Source: Octopus sinensis
Lineage: Eukaryota
Reading direction: 5' to 3'
Assembly: GCF_006345805.1 (NCBI RefSeq)
Contig: NW_021835652.1
Coordinates: 1-25,914, forward strand
DNA length: 25,914 bases
Shown here: positions 11,307-23,319 of the stretch, one piece after another
Layout of the letters: every line of letters begins with the position of its first letter
Position numbering within the stretch: the first letter of the stretch is position 1
Translations under genes and position numbers: made by a program
Notes under the pieces: model-generated
What the model was told of the DNA's origin: nothing
Seen by the model: only the letters and a program-made list of their open reading frames with translations
Databases searched by the model: none

Positions 11307-11566
11307 ATATATTAGAAGAAATAAGGTACCTCAGAAATCTGGATGGTTTTATATTTACAGATTTTTATTAATATGTCACATGTTTTTATAACTCATACAT
11401 TAGCGCTTGCATCTACTCTTGTAGAATCTCCATATTTGAATCTGGAGATTCTACTGGAGTAGATGCAAGCGTTAATATATGATTTATAAAAGCATGAGAC
11501 ATTAATCAAATATCTGTAAATATAAAACTATCCAGATTTCTGAGTACCCTATTTATTCTAATATAT
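11307..11566. mobile_element. ~260-bp imperfect fold-back palindrome (MITE-like) in (TA)n
   Basis: Arms 11307-11432 and 11443-11566 are reverse complements with scattered mismatches around a 10-nt loop tatttgaatc. Flanked by TA repeats. Confidence 0.75.
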
Positions 11567-11586
11567 ATACATATATATACATATGT

Positions 11587-12074
11587 GTAGCGTCGCCGTG
11601 AGCGGTACATCATTTGTACGATGTGGAAAATATACCGCCAACTTTGCCCAAACGACCTAAACATTAGCTTCAAGGTTCATCCGAGACTTGGACCACGGGC
11701 TATACGTCCCCTACCAAATTCAAGATCACAACATACATGTACACTGCAACATAATTTCTTTTCCTCAACAGGCCCTGCCCTATTTAACATTGTCCCGAGG
11801 GAGATCAAAGAGGAAAAGGATCCCATCAACTTCAACAGAGTCTGGATAGATTCCTTCAAAGAATACCAGACAAGCCACCCATAATTGGATACAACTCACC
11901 CAACAAGAACTCACTACTTGAACAAAACTGGATACAACTCACCCAACAAGAACTCACTACTTGAACAAAACTTGACTTAAACAGGATTCGAATAATCCTA
12001 TCAGGTGGTGCTATTAAGTTAGACATGGCCTGGACCAATCTCTGGTCGAAACATATCTAAGTTTATCTAAGTTT
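11587..12074 (+). mobile_element. CR1-group LINE 3' end (ORF2 C-terminus, 3' UTR, short tandem tail)
   Basis: RRRERYIICTMWKIYRQLCPND...FFSSTGPALFNIVPREIK, then frameshifted ..LDRFLQRIPDKP..GY..NSL. Ends in (tatctaagtt)2. Confidence 0.8.
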
Positions 12075-12176
12075 ATATATATATATATATATACTTGTAT
12101 AAATACAATGCATATTTATACGATATATATGCACTGTATAAAGTTATACATTACACACAAACACACACACACTCAT

Positions 12177-12210
<34 letters not shown>

Positions 12211-13231
12211 CACACACACACACACTCACGCAGACACACACACTAGCCTTTTTGTTTACATTCAATTCTGTTATTCCAGAAATGAAAATTAAATCTGAAA
12301 TCACCTTCAGGGTTTGATAAAAATTTTGAAACAGTTTAAAGTAAACACTTATTATTTAAATTAAAAGAAAGGGAGAAGAAATCATTTTAAACGTTGGCTC
12401 TTTAAAATATTCAAAACCCATAATATGCATGCGTGAGTATATTGAGGAAACAATTGAAAAATTCTGCTATTTTTCATAGAAAATAAAACCGAACGGATGC
12501 ACATCTTTGCTATATATCAAAAAGAAAAAAGAAAAGAAAGAAAAAATCTAAAAAACAATCGACACGGCAAATTGTTCATTATCTATTGATTACAATTGAA
12601 ACTTAGATTTTTTTTTCGAGAAGAGAAGAATGTTTGGAAAGCTTTCTACAAAATATGAAATTGTACGACAAAATGGGATCATGTGAGGAGAAATTTTTGC
12701 CGAAATTAACTAAAATTATAGAAGAAAGTTCCTTGTTGAAAACGTCAATTCTGGATAAAACACCAAAGAGAATATTTGCATCTGGAACGGATAAAACAAA
12801 ACAATGGTTCGCAGATTGAAAGTTTCTATAACTGAATCACATCAATGTTAGGCTGTAAAGTACTGGGTGACTGTTTTATGACGCCATTTTTCCGATATAA
12901 ATTAATAGGGTGCTTAATTCACGTGAAAATATTCTCCCAGGATTATGCCAGCGTAACCATTTTCGCAAACAAGAAAATCCTGGAGAGCTGCTGAAATACT
13001 TAAAAACCGATTGTCTTACGCAAGCTAAATTTTATACATAAAGTAATAACTTTATTGATTGATATAATAATTATTGATTGATAACAGTCCATCACACCCC
13101 TGAGGTTCCGAATACCCTAATCGTTAATTGCTATCCTTACTAACTAGTGCATATATCACATAGTCGTCCATTAGATCAAGACACCATTTTATAATTCCCT
13201 GACGAATAATGTTGAATATACGTTTAAAAAT

Positions 13232-13603
13232 ATACTAGCACTATGACCCGGCGTTGCCAGGTCATAGTAATAGTGCATGCATATACAGCTGCGTGCGTGC
13301 GCACATACACGCGAGTACTGTCCAAATCTCCGACCAATCACATACAGCTAGCTGGCATTCAATTGGCGTATCAAGTTTCGGGCATTTTGATTGGGTTTGT
13401 GATAGAAGATTCACAAAAAGTCACTTCTATTGATTTTTTAAAAAGCTTTGCGAGGTAACTGGAGAAATGTAAAGAAATGCACGACCAGCCTTGGATGGTT
13501 TTGAATGACCATAGAAAGTGCGAGCCCTCTAACTGAAAAATTGTGGATTTGTATAAAGGACACACACACACACAGACATTTTGCCGTTTATATATAGAGA
13601 GAT
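13232..13603 (+). mobile_element. Non-autonomous Helentron/HINE (DINE-1-like) element
   Basis: 5' actag followed by the hairpin actatgacccgg-cgttg-ccaggtcatagt (13240-13268). 3' (CA)n-gaca...tttatatatagagagat end. This matches the known HINE architecture. Confidence 0.6.
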
Positions 13604-13613
13604 ATGGAATATG

Positions 13614-13920
13614 ACCGACTAAACCCTTGTGAGCGGATTTGGTAGATGGAAACAGAAAGAAGCCTGTCGTATATATGTGCATATCTATGTGTGTGTGTCT
13701 TTGTGCCTGTGTTTGCCTCCCATTACTGCTTGAAAATCGGTGATGATGTGCTTACGTCCCAGTAACTTAGCGGTTTGACAAAAAAAGCCGTTAGAATAAA
13801 TACTAGAAATTTTAGAAAAATCTTGGGGTTGATTCGTTCGACTAAAACGTATCAAGGCAGTGCTCTAGCATAGCCAAAGTCAAATGACTGAAACAAGTAA
13901 ATGAATAAAAGAATAAAATA
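13614..13920 (+). mobile_element. 5'-truncated family 1 SINE
   Basis: Begins at ccgactaaacccttgtgagcggatttggtaga and continues through caaatgactgaaacaagtaa to the tail. Confidence 0.85.
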
Positions 13921-14416
13921 ACACACACACACAAATATATATATATACATATATATATATTAATAAAAGGAATTCCAACCTTGTCTGATTTTCACGTCTT
14001 ATTTACAATCTTATAATGATATAAAATAATATAATATAATATAATAAAATAAAATAAAATAATAGAATGTTAAACGTTCATTCTGATTTGACTAGTACTT
14101 TCATGCATTAAATTATGCAATCTTCAGGTTCATGTAGTAGTGGTGACAGTCATGCTTCACAATTTTTAACTGTATATATATATATATATATATATACCAA
14201 ATTTGTTCGATGAAATCTGTCGTGGTGCAAATAAAGATAGTCAGGACGAATGGGGAACTACTATTTAATCGTTTGAGTGCTAGAGATAACAGCAAAATCT
14301 CCCTGATAAAATACTTTTCCATGAAAGTCACAATAGATAAGTGGGCGTAAAAGACGAAATGGTCACACTGGCAAAATCCCTCATCATAGGATCTACTTGA
14401 CTAATACTGACACAGA

Positions 14417-14459
<43 letters not shown>

Positions 14460-14809
14460 GCTACTACCGCTGCTGCTGCTGCTGTTTACGATGCGAATAC
14501 ATGTCCTTGCCTTTCCCATATTTTTAATGTATACTTGGAGGGGTGTCCTCATTCAAGCCAGCGACGTGTGGCCTTAGGCGACCTTTCTAGTATTTACATT
14601 TGACTGTGGAGATCTATCACTGTTAATCGAGTCTCGAAGGCCCTGTTTTCCCAACGTGTAGAGGAGAAAGAAAGACAACAAAGAGGAGGTGGAGGAGGAG
14701 GAGGAGGAGACAGAAAAGGAAGAGGGTGAAGAAAGAAAAGACAGAAAAGAAAGAAAAGAAAGAGGAGGAGAAAAAAGGGAAGGAAGAGAAGGAGATTGGT
14801 ATTAGGAGG

Positions 14810-15830
14810 CTAAGTGTGAACTCTGAAGGTAAACAACCAGAACTAAAGATATTGCTGCTAATTCTCTACTAATTCCGCTCCGAGCTGGGACTTTATTTAT
14901 CGACCCCGAAAATAAAGGAAAAAGGGAAATGCAAAGTTGACATCAGCGGCATTTGAACTCGGTACTCAAAGAGCCAGAAGAAGCACCACTGTTCTAACGA
15001 TACTTCCATATCTAAATGGCGAGTTACTACGTCCGGCGTTCTAGCGAATAGTGCTTTATGTATCGACACGGAAAATGTGAAATGCGGAGTACACCTCGGT
15101 GGTACTTAAACAAGAACGCAAAGAGCAGGAAAAATACTGCTATAAAATAACTAGTCCGAGGCTCTCTTTAATCTATGCTAGAACGGTACTTTTATTATCA
15201 GCCCTGAATAGATGAGGTACATAGTCGATCTCTCTGGTATTTGAACTCATAACGGAAAGGACCAGAACAAATACTTATTTGATATTCTCTCACCATTCTA
15301 TCTCATCACTGACATGAAACAAGACATTTCGCCCAAGGTTCTATCTATCTCCTTTACTCTGGACTTCAGTTATCGGCTTTGAACAGATGAAATACTTTGT
15401 TGATCATCTTAGTTTTTGAAATCAAAAACATAAGGGGCTGGAACAAGTGCTGCATAGAGCTTTTAATTTGACGATCTCTCGACTCTACCTCATCTCCACC
15501 ATGAAGCAAGATATTCTGTCCGTATTTCTATCAATTCATTCTACCCTGGACGGGTACTTTAACCATCAACTCTAAATAGATGAGATACATTGTTGACCTC
15601 GTTGGTATTTGAACTCTTGGTGTAAAGAGCCAGGAAAAAGACCGCAATATGACATCTCGTTCACGGCTCTATCAATTCAGCCCTAGGCTAGGACTTTAAT
15701 TACCAACCCCAAATAGATGAGATGCATAGCTGACCTCGGTGGCATTTGAACTTCGAAAGCAGACAGCCGGCACAAATATCGTACTGTATTCCATCCGACT
15801 TTGTAACGATATTGCCAGCGCTTGGCTACA
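14810..15830 (-). repeat. Tandem array of about 7 diverged tRNA-derived SINE heads
   Basis: Reverse-complement B-box motif tttgaactc (or variant) at 14815, 14952, 15105, 15240, 15415, 15608 and 15745. All but the partial first unit are preceded by acttt..ttatc..ccc.aa...ga(c/t)ctc. Confidence 0.8.
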
Positions 15831-15934
15831 TCAACGCGTACACACACGCTGATAAGTAAATTAATTCACTCGAATAACTATCAATTAGAAAGATTAGATT
15901 AAATTTATCTAAAGGGATGGGTGGATGAGGCTAA

Positions 15935-16170
15935 CGATGATGGTGGTGCTGATGACGGTGGTGGAGTGATGATGATGATGATGATAATAGTGATGGGGTG
16001 ATGAGGACTATGATGATGGTGGTGGTGGTGTTGGTGTTGTTGTTGTTGTTGTTGGTGTTGTTTTTGGTGGTGGTGGTGGTGGTGGTGGCGTGATGATGAT
16101 GATCGTGGATGTTGTTGTTGTTGTTGTTGTTGTTGTGGTGGTGGTAGTGGTGATGGAGATGCTGCTGCTG
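15935..16170. repeat. GAT/GGT/GTT trinucleotide tract
   Basis: Direct inspection. Confidence 0.9.
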
Positions 16171-16545
16171 ATTCAACGACTGAATGTAAATAAATTGATT
16201 CCGTGTCTGTGAATTCTTGACAGTAAGTTCTTGGACGACTAAGAAGAAAAAAAAAACATGCCATGCAACCCCCCCACACACACACACAATACACATACAC
16301 AAACAAACAAGCAAAAAAGAAACAACAACTAAAAGATAAAAACATAAATATTTAGATAAACAGATATAAGAAGAAAACAAAAAAACACGTAAGTAGTTAT
16401 GAAATAAAAAGGGTGGCGGGGTGAGGAATGGAGTGATATCATGTTGTTGTTCGTGTTGCAGTTATAGAAATCCTTAGATCATGTACCACATGCGCATCTG
16501 TGTGTGTATGTGTGTGTATGCGTTTGTATGTGTATAATTGTGTGT

Positions 16546-16597
<52 letters not shown>

Positions 16598-16598
<1 letters not shown>

Positions 16599-16803
16599 AA
16601 GTTAATCCTAACAAGAAAGCACAAAAATCACAACAACGCGAGGACGTGGAACAAATATAATATTTTTGGACGCTCAGGAAAGACGGAAAGAAGGAGGGTT
16701 TAACGTTTCGAACGGAGCTCTTCGTCGGAAACATAGGAGAAGGAAAGATCCAGAGAAGGGAAGACAGAGGAAAAAAATCGCCAACGGTACACACGAGGTC
16801 ACA
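16598..16803 (-). mobile_element. Short Penelope-like (pLTR-type) repeat, copy 2
   Basis: Homologous to 8442-8645, with the same (CA)n(TA)n-aaagttaatcc junction and (TA)n on the other side. Confidence 0.55.
16698..16732 (-). ncRNA. Candidate minimal variant hammerhead ribozyme (type I, palindromic stem III)
   Basis: Minus strand GUUU-CCGACGAA-GAGC-UCC-GUUC-GAAA-CG-UU-AAAC. Stem I GUUU/AAAC is perfect, stem II has a G-U pair, and the triplet is GUU. Confidence 0.45.
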
Positions 16804-17010
16804 TTTATATATATATATATATAAAATTATATATATATATTTATATATATATATATATATTATTAGTGAATTGAAGAAATGGAGTTGAACGAAGATTGAA
16901 CAGAATTCCTTTTATTGCATTCTACACATGTTTCAAGGTATCGGTTAAACTTTTGATTAATCTGCACAAGATTATTCATCTTTCTATATATAATATATAA
17001 AATTTATATA

Positions 17011-17050
<40 letters not shown>

Positions 17051-17309
17051 TATACATATGTTTATATGAATGTAGGTTATGTGTGTGTGCGCATTTTGTG
17101 TATATATGTCTGTGTATGTGCGTATATAATATATATGTAGATTTCTCCATGTGAGTGGCTTGAAAAATTATTGTTATGACACTAGGATACTTTACTACTT
17201 TTCTTAACATGAAACCAATGGTAGCCTTAACTCACAAATAAAGAAGTTATATCCACCAGTGCGATGTTGAACACGCATTATCATCGTTCGACATTTACGT
17301 TCGATGAAA

Positions 17310-17436
17310 GAAATCGATAGAATAAGTTCCAGTCTTAAAAAATGTACTGGTGTCGATACGTTCGACTATAAATTCTTCAAGGCGGTGGTTGCAGCATGAC
17401 TGGAATATAATGACTGAAACAATTAAGAGATAAGAG
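17310..17436 (+). mobile_element. Diverged SINE 3' tail fragment
   Basis: gatagaataagttccag...gtcgat..ttcgact..ttcaaggcggtggttgcagcatg..aatgactgaaac. Confidence 0.75.
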
Positions 17437-17758
17437 TTAAAAGACATCAGTTGCCAAGCTTTTGTGGTGAACAAACACATACGCATATATACATTATGTG
17501 TATATATATATATGTGTGTCTGTATGTGTGCGTGTATGTGTAGAGTAAACAAGAGAGACAGAGAAAGGCAGCACAAGGAAAATGCCACTTATATTTGAAG
17601 ACGATACAAATATTCGTTTTAAAACACTTTTCTTTTAATTTTTCTAAACATAATTTTTTAGTTGTTACAGTTGAAAAGGTCTCAAATGACCGAAACCGGT
17701 ATCGAAATGTTCTTTAATAAATTATTTTAGCATTTTCTATCTTGACTTGTTTTTTCAT

Positions 17759-17804
<46 letters not shown>

Positions 17805-18296
17805 TATATATGTGCGAGTGCGTGTGTGTATGTATATACATATATACATATACTTACACATATACTATATATATTATATATATATATATATATACGTATA
17901 TGTGTAAGTATATGTATATATGTATATACATACACACACGCACTCGCACATACATATATATACATAGATACATACACACACACAAACAATAATATCTGTG
18001 CCTGTTTGAAAAGGATTATAAGTGTTGTTGTTTGTCATTCTATCCATGACCATCCCATCGCTTGGGAAATATGCATTACTTGCTCAACCTTTCCATATTT
18101 AAGGGAGATTTGACTGCCGTTTCTAATAGATCGGGTGACCACATCGAGATTCTGTGTATGTGTTAGCTTCTGGGTTTGATTACGTGCATGTGTGTGTATT
18201 TGTGTGTGCGTGTGCGTGTGTGTGTGTGTATGTGAATGTGTAGAAGTGCGTATGTAAAGAACGAGTATTTTAAAGTTGTAATAGTCACATTTGGCT

Positions 18297-18343
<47 letters not shown>

Positions 18344-18369
18344 TAGTAATAGTAGTAGTAGCAGCAGTG

Positions 18370-18400
<31 letters not shown>

Positions 18401-18604
18401 CAGTAGTAGTAGTAGTAGAATAAGCAGGAGCACTAGTAGTAGTAGTAGAAGTAGTAGTAATAGTAATAGTAGTAGTAGTAATAGTAGGTGTTGATGTTTT
18501 GTACGAATGAAACATTTGTAGCTGTTACTGTTGCTTCTGTTGATGAAGATGATGATGATGGTGGCAACGATGATGATGATGATGATGGGGACGACAACGA
18601 GCTC

Positions 18605-18640
<36 letters not shown>

Positions 18641-18790
18641 ATTTTTTGCTGTTATTGTTTATATTCTGGCACTGATCAAATCGTGGAAGCAGTCGATGAT
18701 GATTTTGTTGTTGTTGCTGTTGATAAAGATGACAATAATGATGAGGATTATGATAATGATGCTGCTGCTGATGATGATGATGATGATGAT
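18297..18790. repeat. (TAG)n/(CAG)n followed by (GAT)n tracts
   Basis: Direct inspection. Confidence 0.9.
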
Positions 18791-18946
18791 GCTGTTTGCT
18801 GATGTTGAGTCCAATGTTGCCCACGTTTTTTTCATATTCTTCCATAAATGTAATTTACTCGTAGATTCGGGTTTTGCTTTTACTCAGGAGTCGATGTTAT
18901 TGATGGAATTGTTGCTGCTGCTGCTGCTGTTGTTGTTGTTATTATT

Positions 18947-19341
18947 ACTCTTTTACTTGTTTCAGTCATTTTAACTGCGGCCATGCTGGAGCACCGCCTT
19001 TAGTCGAGCAAATCGATCCCGGGACTTATTCTTTGTAAGCCCAGTACTTATTCTATCGGCCTCTTTTGCCGAACCGCTAAGTGACGGGGACGTAAACACA
19101 CCAGCATCGGTTGTCAAGCAATGCTAGGGGGACAAACACAGCAGACACACAACCACACACATACATATACATATATATACATATATAACGAGGCTTCCTT
19201 CAGTTTCCGTCTACCAATCCACTCACAAGGCATTGGTCGGCCCGTGGCTAAGCAGAAGACACTTGCCCAAATGCCACCAGTTGGACTAACCCGGACCATG
19301 TGGTTGGTTAGCAAGCTACTTACCAACACGCCACTCCTGCC
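18947..19341 (-). mobile_element. Family 1 SINE, near full length
   Basis: Reverse complement of the same head/CORE/microsatellite/tail layout as 5453-5877. Confidence 0.92.
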
Positions 19342-19400
19342 TATTATTTATATTCTTCCGCTAATGAATTAAACATTTGCGGCTCTTGCTATTGCAATTA

Positions 19401-19432
19401 ATGATGATGTTGATGATGATGATGATGACGAC

Positions 19433-19476
<44 letters not shown>

Positions 19477-19489
19477 CGACGACGACGAC

Positions 19490-19524
<35 letters not shown>

Positions 19525-19619
19525 CGACGACGACGACGATGATGATGATGATGATGATGATGACGATGATGATGATGATAATGATGATGATGATGATGAC
19601 GATGACGATGATGAAGATG

Positions 19620-19655
<36 letters not shown>

Positions 19656-19742
19656 CGACGATGATGAAGATGATGTTGATAATGACGATGATGAAGATGG
19701 TGATGATGATGATGTTTCATCATCATCATCATCACCATCATC
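19401..19742. repeat. (GAT/GAC)n tract ending in an inverted (CAT)n
   Basis: About 315 bp of GAT/GAC, then TTT and a CAT run. Confidence 0.93.
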
Positions 19743-20431
19743 CTCTAATGAAATTTATATTTCTAATTATTATTTTGGCTGTTGTCGATGATGATGCTTG
19801 TTTTATATACCTTTTTTTCACTGATGAAATCATAAATAAACACTTGTCGAATTTGTTCCTTCGCTTCCAACAACAACAACAACATCAACAACGACGACGA
19901 CGACGACAACAACAAAGAAAACAACGGCAAGAACAACAGCGCAAGAAGAAGAATATAAAACAAACGCAACAACAAAGAAAGAAAATAAGACAAAAAAATA
20001 ATGAAAGAAATAGAAGAAAGAAACGTAACAATAAAAATAAAAGATAAAAAACTCATAAAAGAAAATAAACAGAAAAAAAATTTGCAATAAGAAATTTATA
20101 CAAAAATATACAAAAAGAAAAAAAAATGTCATCTCCGTTGATGCGGTGATAAAGACGAGGAAATTTCAACTTAAAGGGAATTTTGGAGGGAAACTTCAAG
20201 GTTGTATGAAGTGCAATGTACGATGTCGTTGAGTGCGAAATGATTTATGCAAATGAGGTTTTCGTACCCTTATGATTAAGTACTTGTATTCGCTGGTGGT
20301 GTTTTTGTTTTAATGTATTATGTTTTATTTATTCGTTTATTTATTTATTTATTTATTTATTTATTTTTTGTAAATCCAGTCCACCATATTTGTAGTATAT
20401 TTGAAATTTTTGTTTTTGCTAATGATGTCTG

Positions 20432-20806
<375 letters not shown>

Positions 20807-20824
20807 CTAACGAACTAATTAACT

Positions 20825-20996
20825 AAAGTGTTGCTTTACAATCACGTAGTTCCGGGTTCAGTCCCACTGTGTAGCACCTTGGCTGGCCAAATCCTTGCGA
20901 GTGGATTTTGCAAACAGAAACTGAAAGTAGCCTGTTGTTTATATTGTGTGTATGTGTGCTTGTATGTGTGTGTGTATGCGTGTGTGACTATGTGTG

Positions 20997-21027
<31 letters not shown>

Positions 21028-21225
21028 TTGTGTCCCACTCGTGTTGGTGTGTCTATCTACCCATAACCCAATAGTTCGACAAAAGAGTCTGATAGAATGA
21101 GTACGAGGCTTAATAAAAAGATACGTGGTAGGGTCGAATTATTCCCCAAAAGGTTCTTAAAGACAATGCCCCAGCATGGCCGCAGTCGGGTGACTGAAAG
21201 AATGGAAAGAAAGAAAAGATAAGAA
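20825..21225 (+). mobile_element. Diverged family 1-type SINE with partial head and internal deletion
   Basis: ttccgggttcagtcccactg, gtggattttgcaaacagaaactgaaag, (TG)n, gttcgacaaaagag..gatagaatgagtac, ccccagcatggccgcagtc. Confidence 0.8.
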
Positions 21226-21240
21226 ATATGTATGTGTATA

Positions 21241-21405
21241 GGCGCAGGCTTGGCTGTGGGCTAAGAAGCTTGCTTCCCAACCACCTGGTTCCAGGTTCAG
21301 TCCCACTGACTAGTACGTTGGGCAAGTGTCTTCTACTATAGCCTCGGGTCAATCAAAGCCCTGTGTGTAGATTTGGTAGATGGAACCTAAAAGGAGCCGG
21401 TCACA
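21241..21405 (+). mobile_element. SINE head and CORE only (3' half missing), followed by (TA)n
   Basis: ggcgcaggcttggctgtgggctaagaagcttgcttcccaacc..ggttcagtccc..ttgggcaagtgtcttctactatagcctcggg. Confidence 0.85.
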
Positions 21406-21438
21406 TATATGTGTGTATGTATGTATATATATATGTTT

Positions 21439-21472
<34 letters not shown>

Positions 21473-22040
21473 ATATAAATATATATATGCATGTATGTAT
21501 TATATATATAAATATAATATATATATATAGTATATATATATATATATTTATATATATATGTTTCTATGTATGTATGAATGTATGTATGTGTGTATATGTG
21601 TTTGTTGTTCTTTTCCTTGTTTTACTCCTCTGCGAAGTAATTTCCCTTAATTTCTCGCAGGAAGGTTAGTTCGACGAGTCGTGTTCTGTCCTCACCTTCG
21701 AAAACACGCTGGAGTTGAACTAGGGACAGCTGATGAAGGGGACTTTTCCTTGTGTAGTTTGTCTAGTACTCTGTTTTTTCCTTGTAAAAAAAAGGTTCGT
21801 TCCACGCTTGTTTTTACGTTTTCGTTCTCGTTGAGTTCTGCGTCTATTTGTGGTGTCCTGTACTCACGTATATATATTTATATATGCATGTATATATACA
21901 TGTAGATGTAGGTACGTATATATATGTATGTATGTATGCATATATTTTATTTATTACACTATTGTATGTCTGAGCGCCTTCGCGTCGATTCGATTCGATT
22001 TGTTCCGTTTCGTTTCGTTTCTTCTTCTTCTCTCCCAGTA

Positions 22041-22077
<37 letters not shown>

Positions 22078-22160
22078 TTGAAATTTCTAGTCTCTCTAAA
22101 GGAGACTACGACAGCGGTACTGGATATTAATAGTTATCGCCAAGCTAATTGGTAGTCCAT

Positions 22161-22517
<357 letters not shown>

Positions 22518-22562
22518 TGATAGATTGATAGATAGATAGATAGATAGATAGATATACATATA

Positions 22563-22890
22563 TACAAGAACTAAAGCAAAAGTAACTGGATACTTCAAAG
22601 CCTGTTGTAGTTCGGGCTTCTGGCCGGTAGAAGCCACTTGATGCGACTCTGGGGCATCATATGCCGATCGGCGACGTCATGTGTGGTCCTACTGCCACGT
22701 GGTGCGTCTTTGTTTTGCACTGTTTCTCCCCTGTTCGTCGATTTTCACGATGCCTGAAACACAGGAACAGCGTGCTTCCGTGAAACTTTGTTTTCTGCTG
22801 GGGAAAACGGAGGCCAAAACAGTTGTCATGCTCCAAACAGCTTCCTAGGACGCTGCCATGAACAAAACACAATCTTTCGTGTTGCTTTCA
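22563..22890 (+). mobile_element. Mariner (Tc1/mariner) 5' end: decayed TIR and transposase N-terminus
   Basis: ATG at 22750: MPETQEQRASVKLCFLLGKTEAKTVVMLQTAS*DAAMNKTQSFVLLS matches the mariner N-terminal HTH pattern (EQRxxIKFCxxLGKTxxETxxML..AYxxxAMSKTQVxxW). A TIR-like ta-tacaagaactaaagcaaaagtaactgga lies upstream. Confidence 0.8.
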
Positions 22891-23171
22891 TGAGTGGGTA
22901 TATATACGTATATATATATATATATATATATATATGCATCTATGTATATATAAATTAAATTAGAGATAAAACCACTATTAGGCAGATCAAACAGTGAAAA
23001 ACATAAACCAAAACATAAAAAACAAAAAATAAATATAATTAATATAATATACTGTGAAATTTGATTTAATCCTAATTCTAATTTTTTCTTGTAAGTTTGG
23101 ATATACTCCCTAATATATATATATATATCTTTCCAGATATTTAGATATAAATAGATATACAGACACAAAAA

Positions 23172-23246
<75 letters not shown>

Positions 23247-23319
23247 TTATTATTAAATCCATTAATCCAACCATGCATCCATCTATCCATGTCTCACCCA
23301 CTATTCTGGGAGTTTTGGT

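Noticed and set aside
12025-12055. gacc-aatctct-ggtc-gaaac near the CR1-like tail as a hammerhead
   Set aside because: No CUGANGA-like core lies upstream, so it is more simply the LINE 3' stem-loop.
12634-12819. 61-aa non-repetitive ORF (LESFLQNMKLYDKMGS...)
   Set aside because: It has a non-ATG start, no recognisable homology and no convincing splice sites, and its length is expected by chance.
14810-15830. CRISPR-like or tRNA gene cluster interpretation of the array
   Set aside because: The units are long and diverged, lack identical short repeats with unique spacers, have no cas genes and sit in a eukaryotic context. No complete cloverleaf is evident, and the units match a SINE head.
18860-18895. 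Splice-acceptor-like ttttgcttttactcag
   Set aside because: It is followed by low-complexity repeats and a SINE, with no donor or coding continuation.
18285-20132. Poly-Asp, poly-Met, poly-His and poly-Gln ORFs
   Set aside because: They are (GAT)n/(TAG)n/(CAA)n repeats with no splice-supported exon context.
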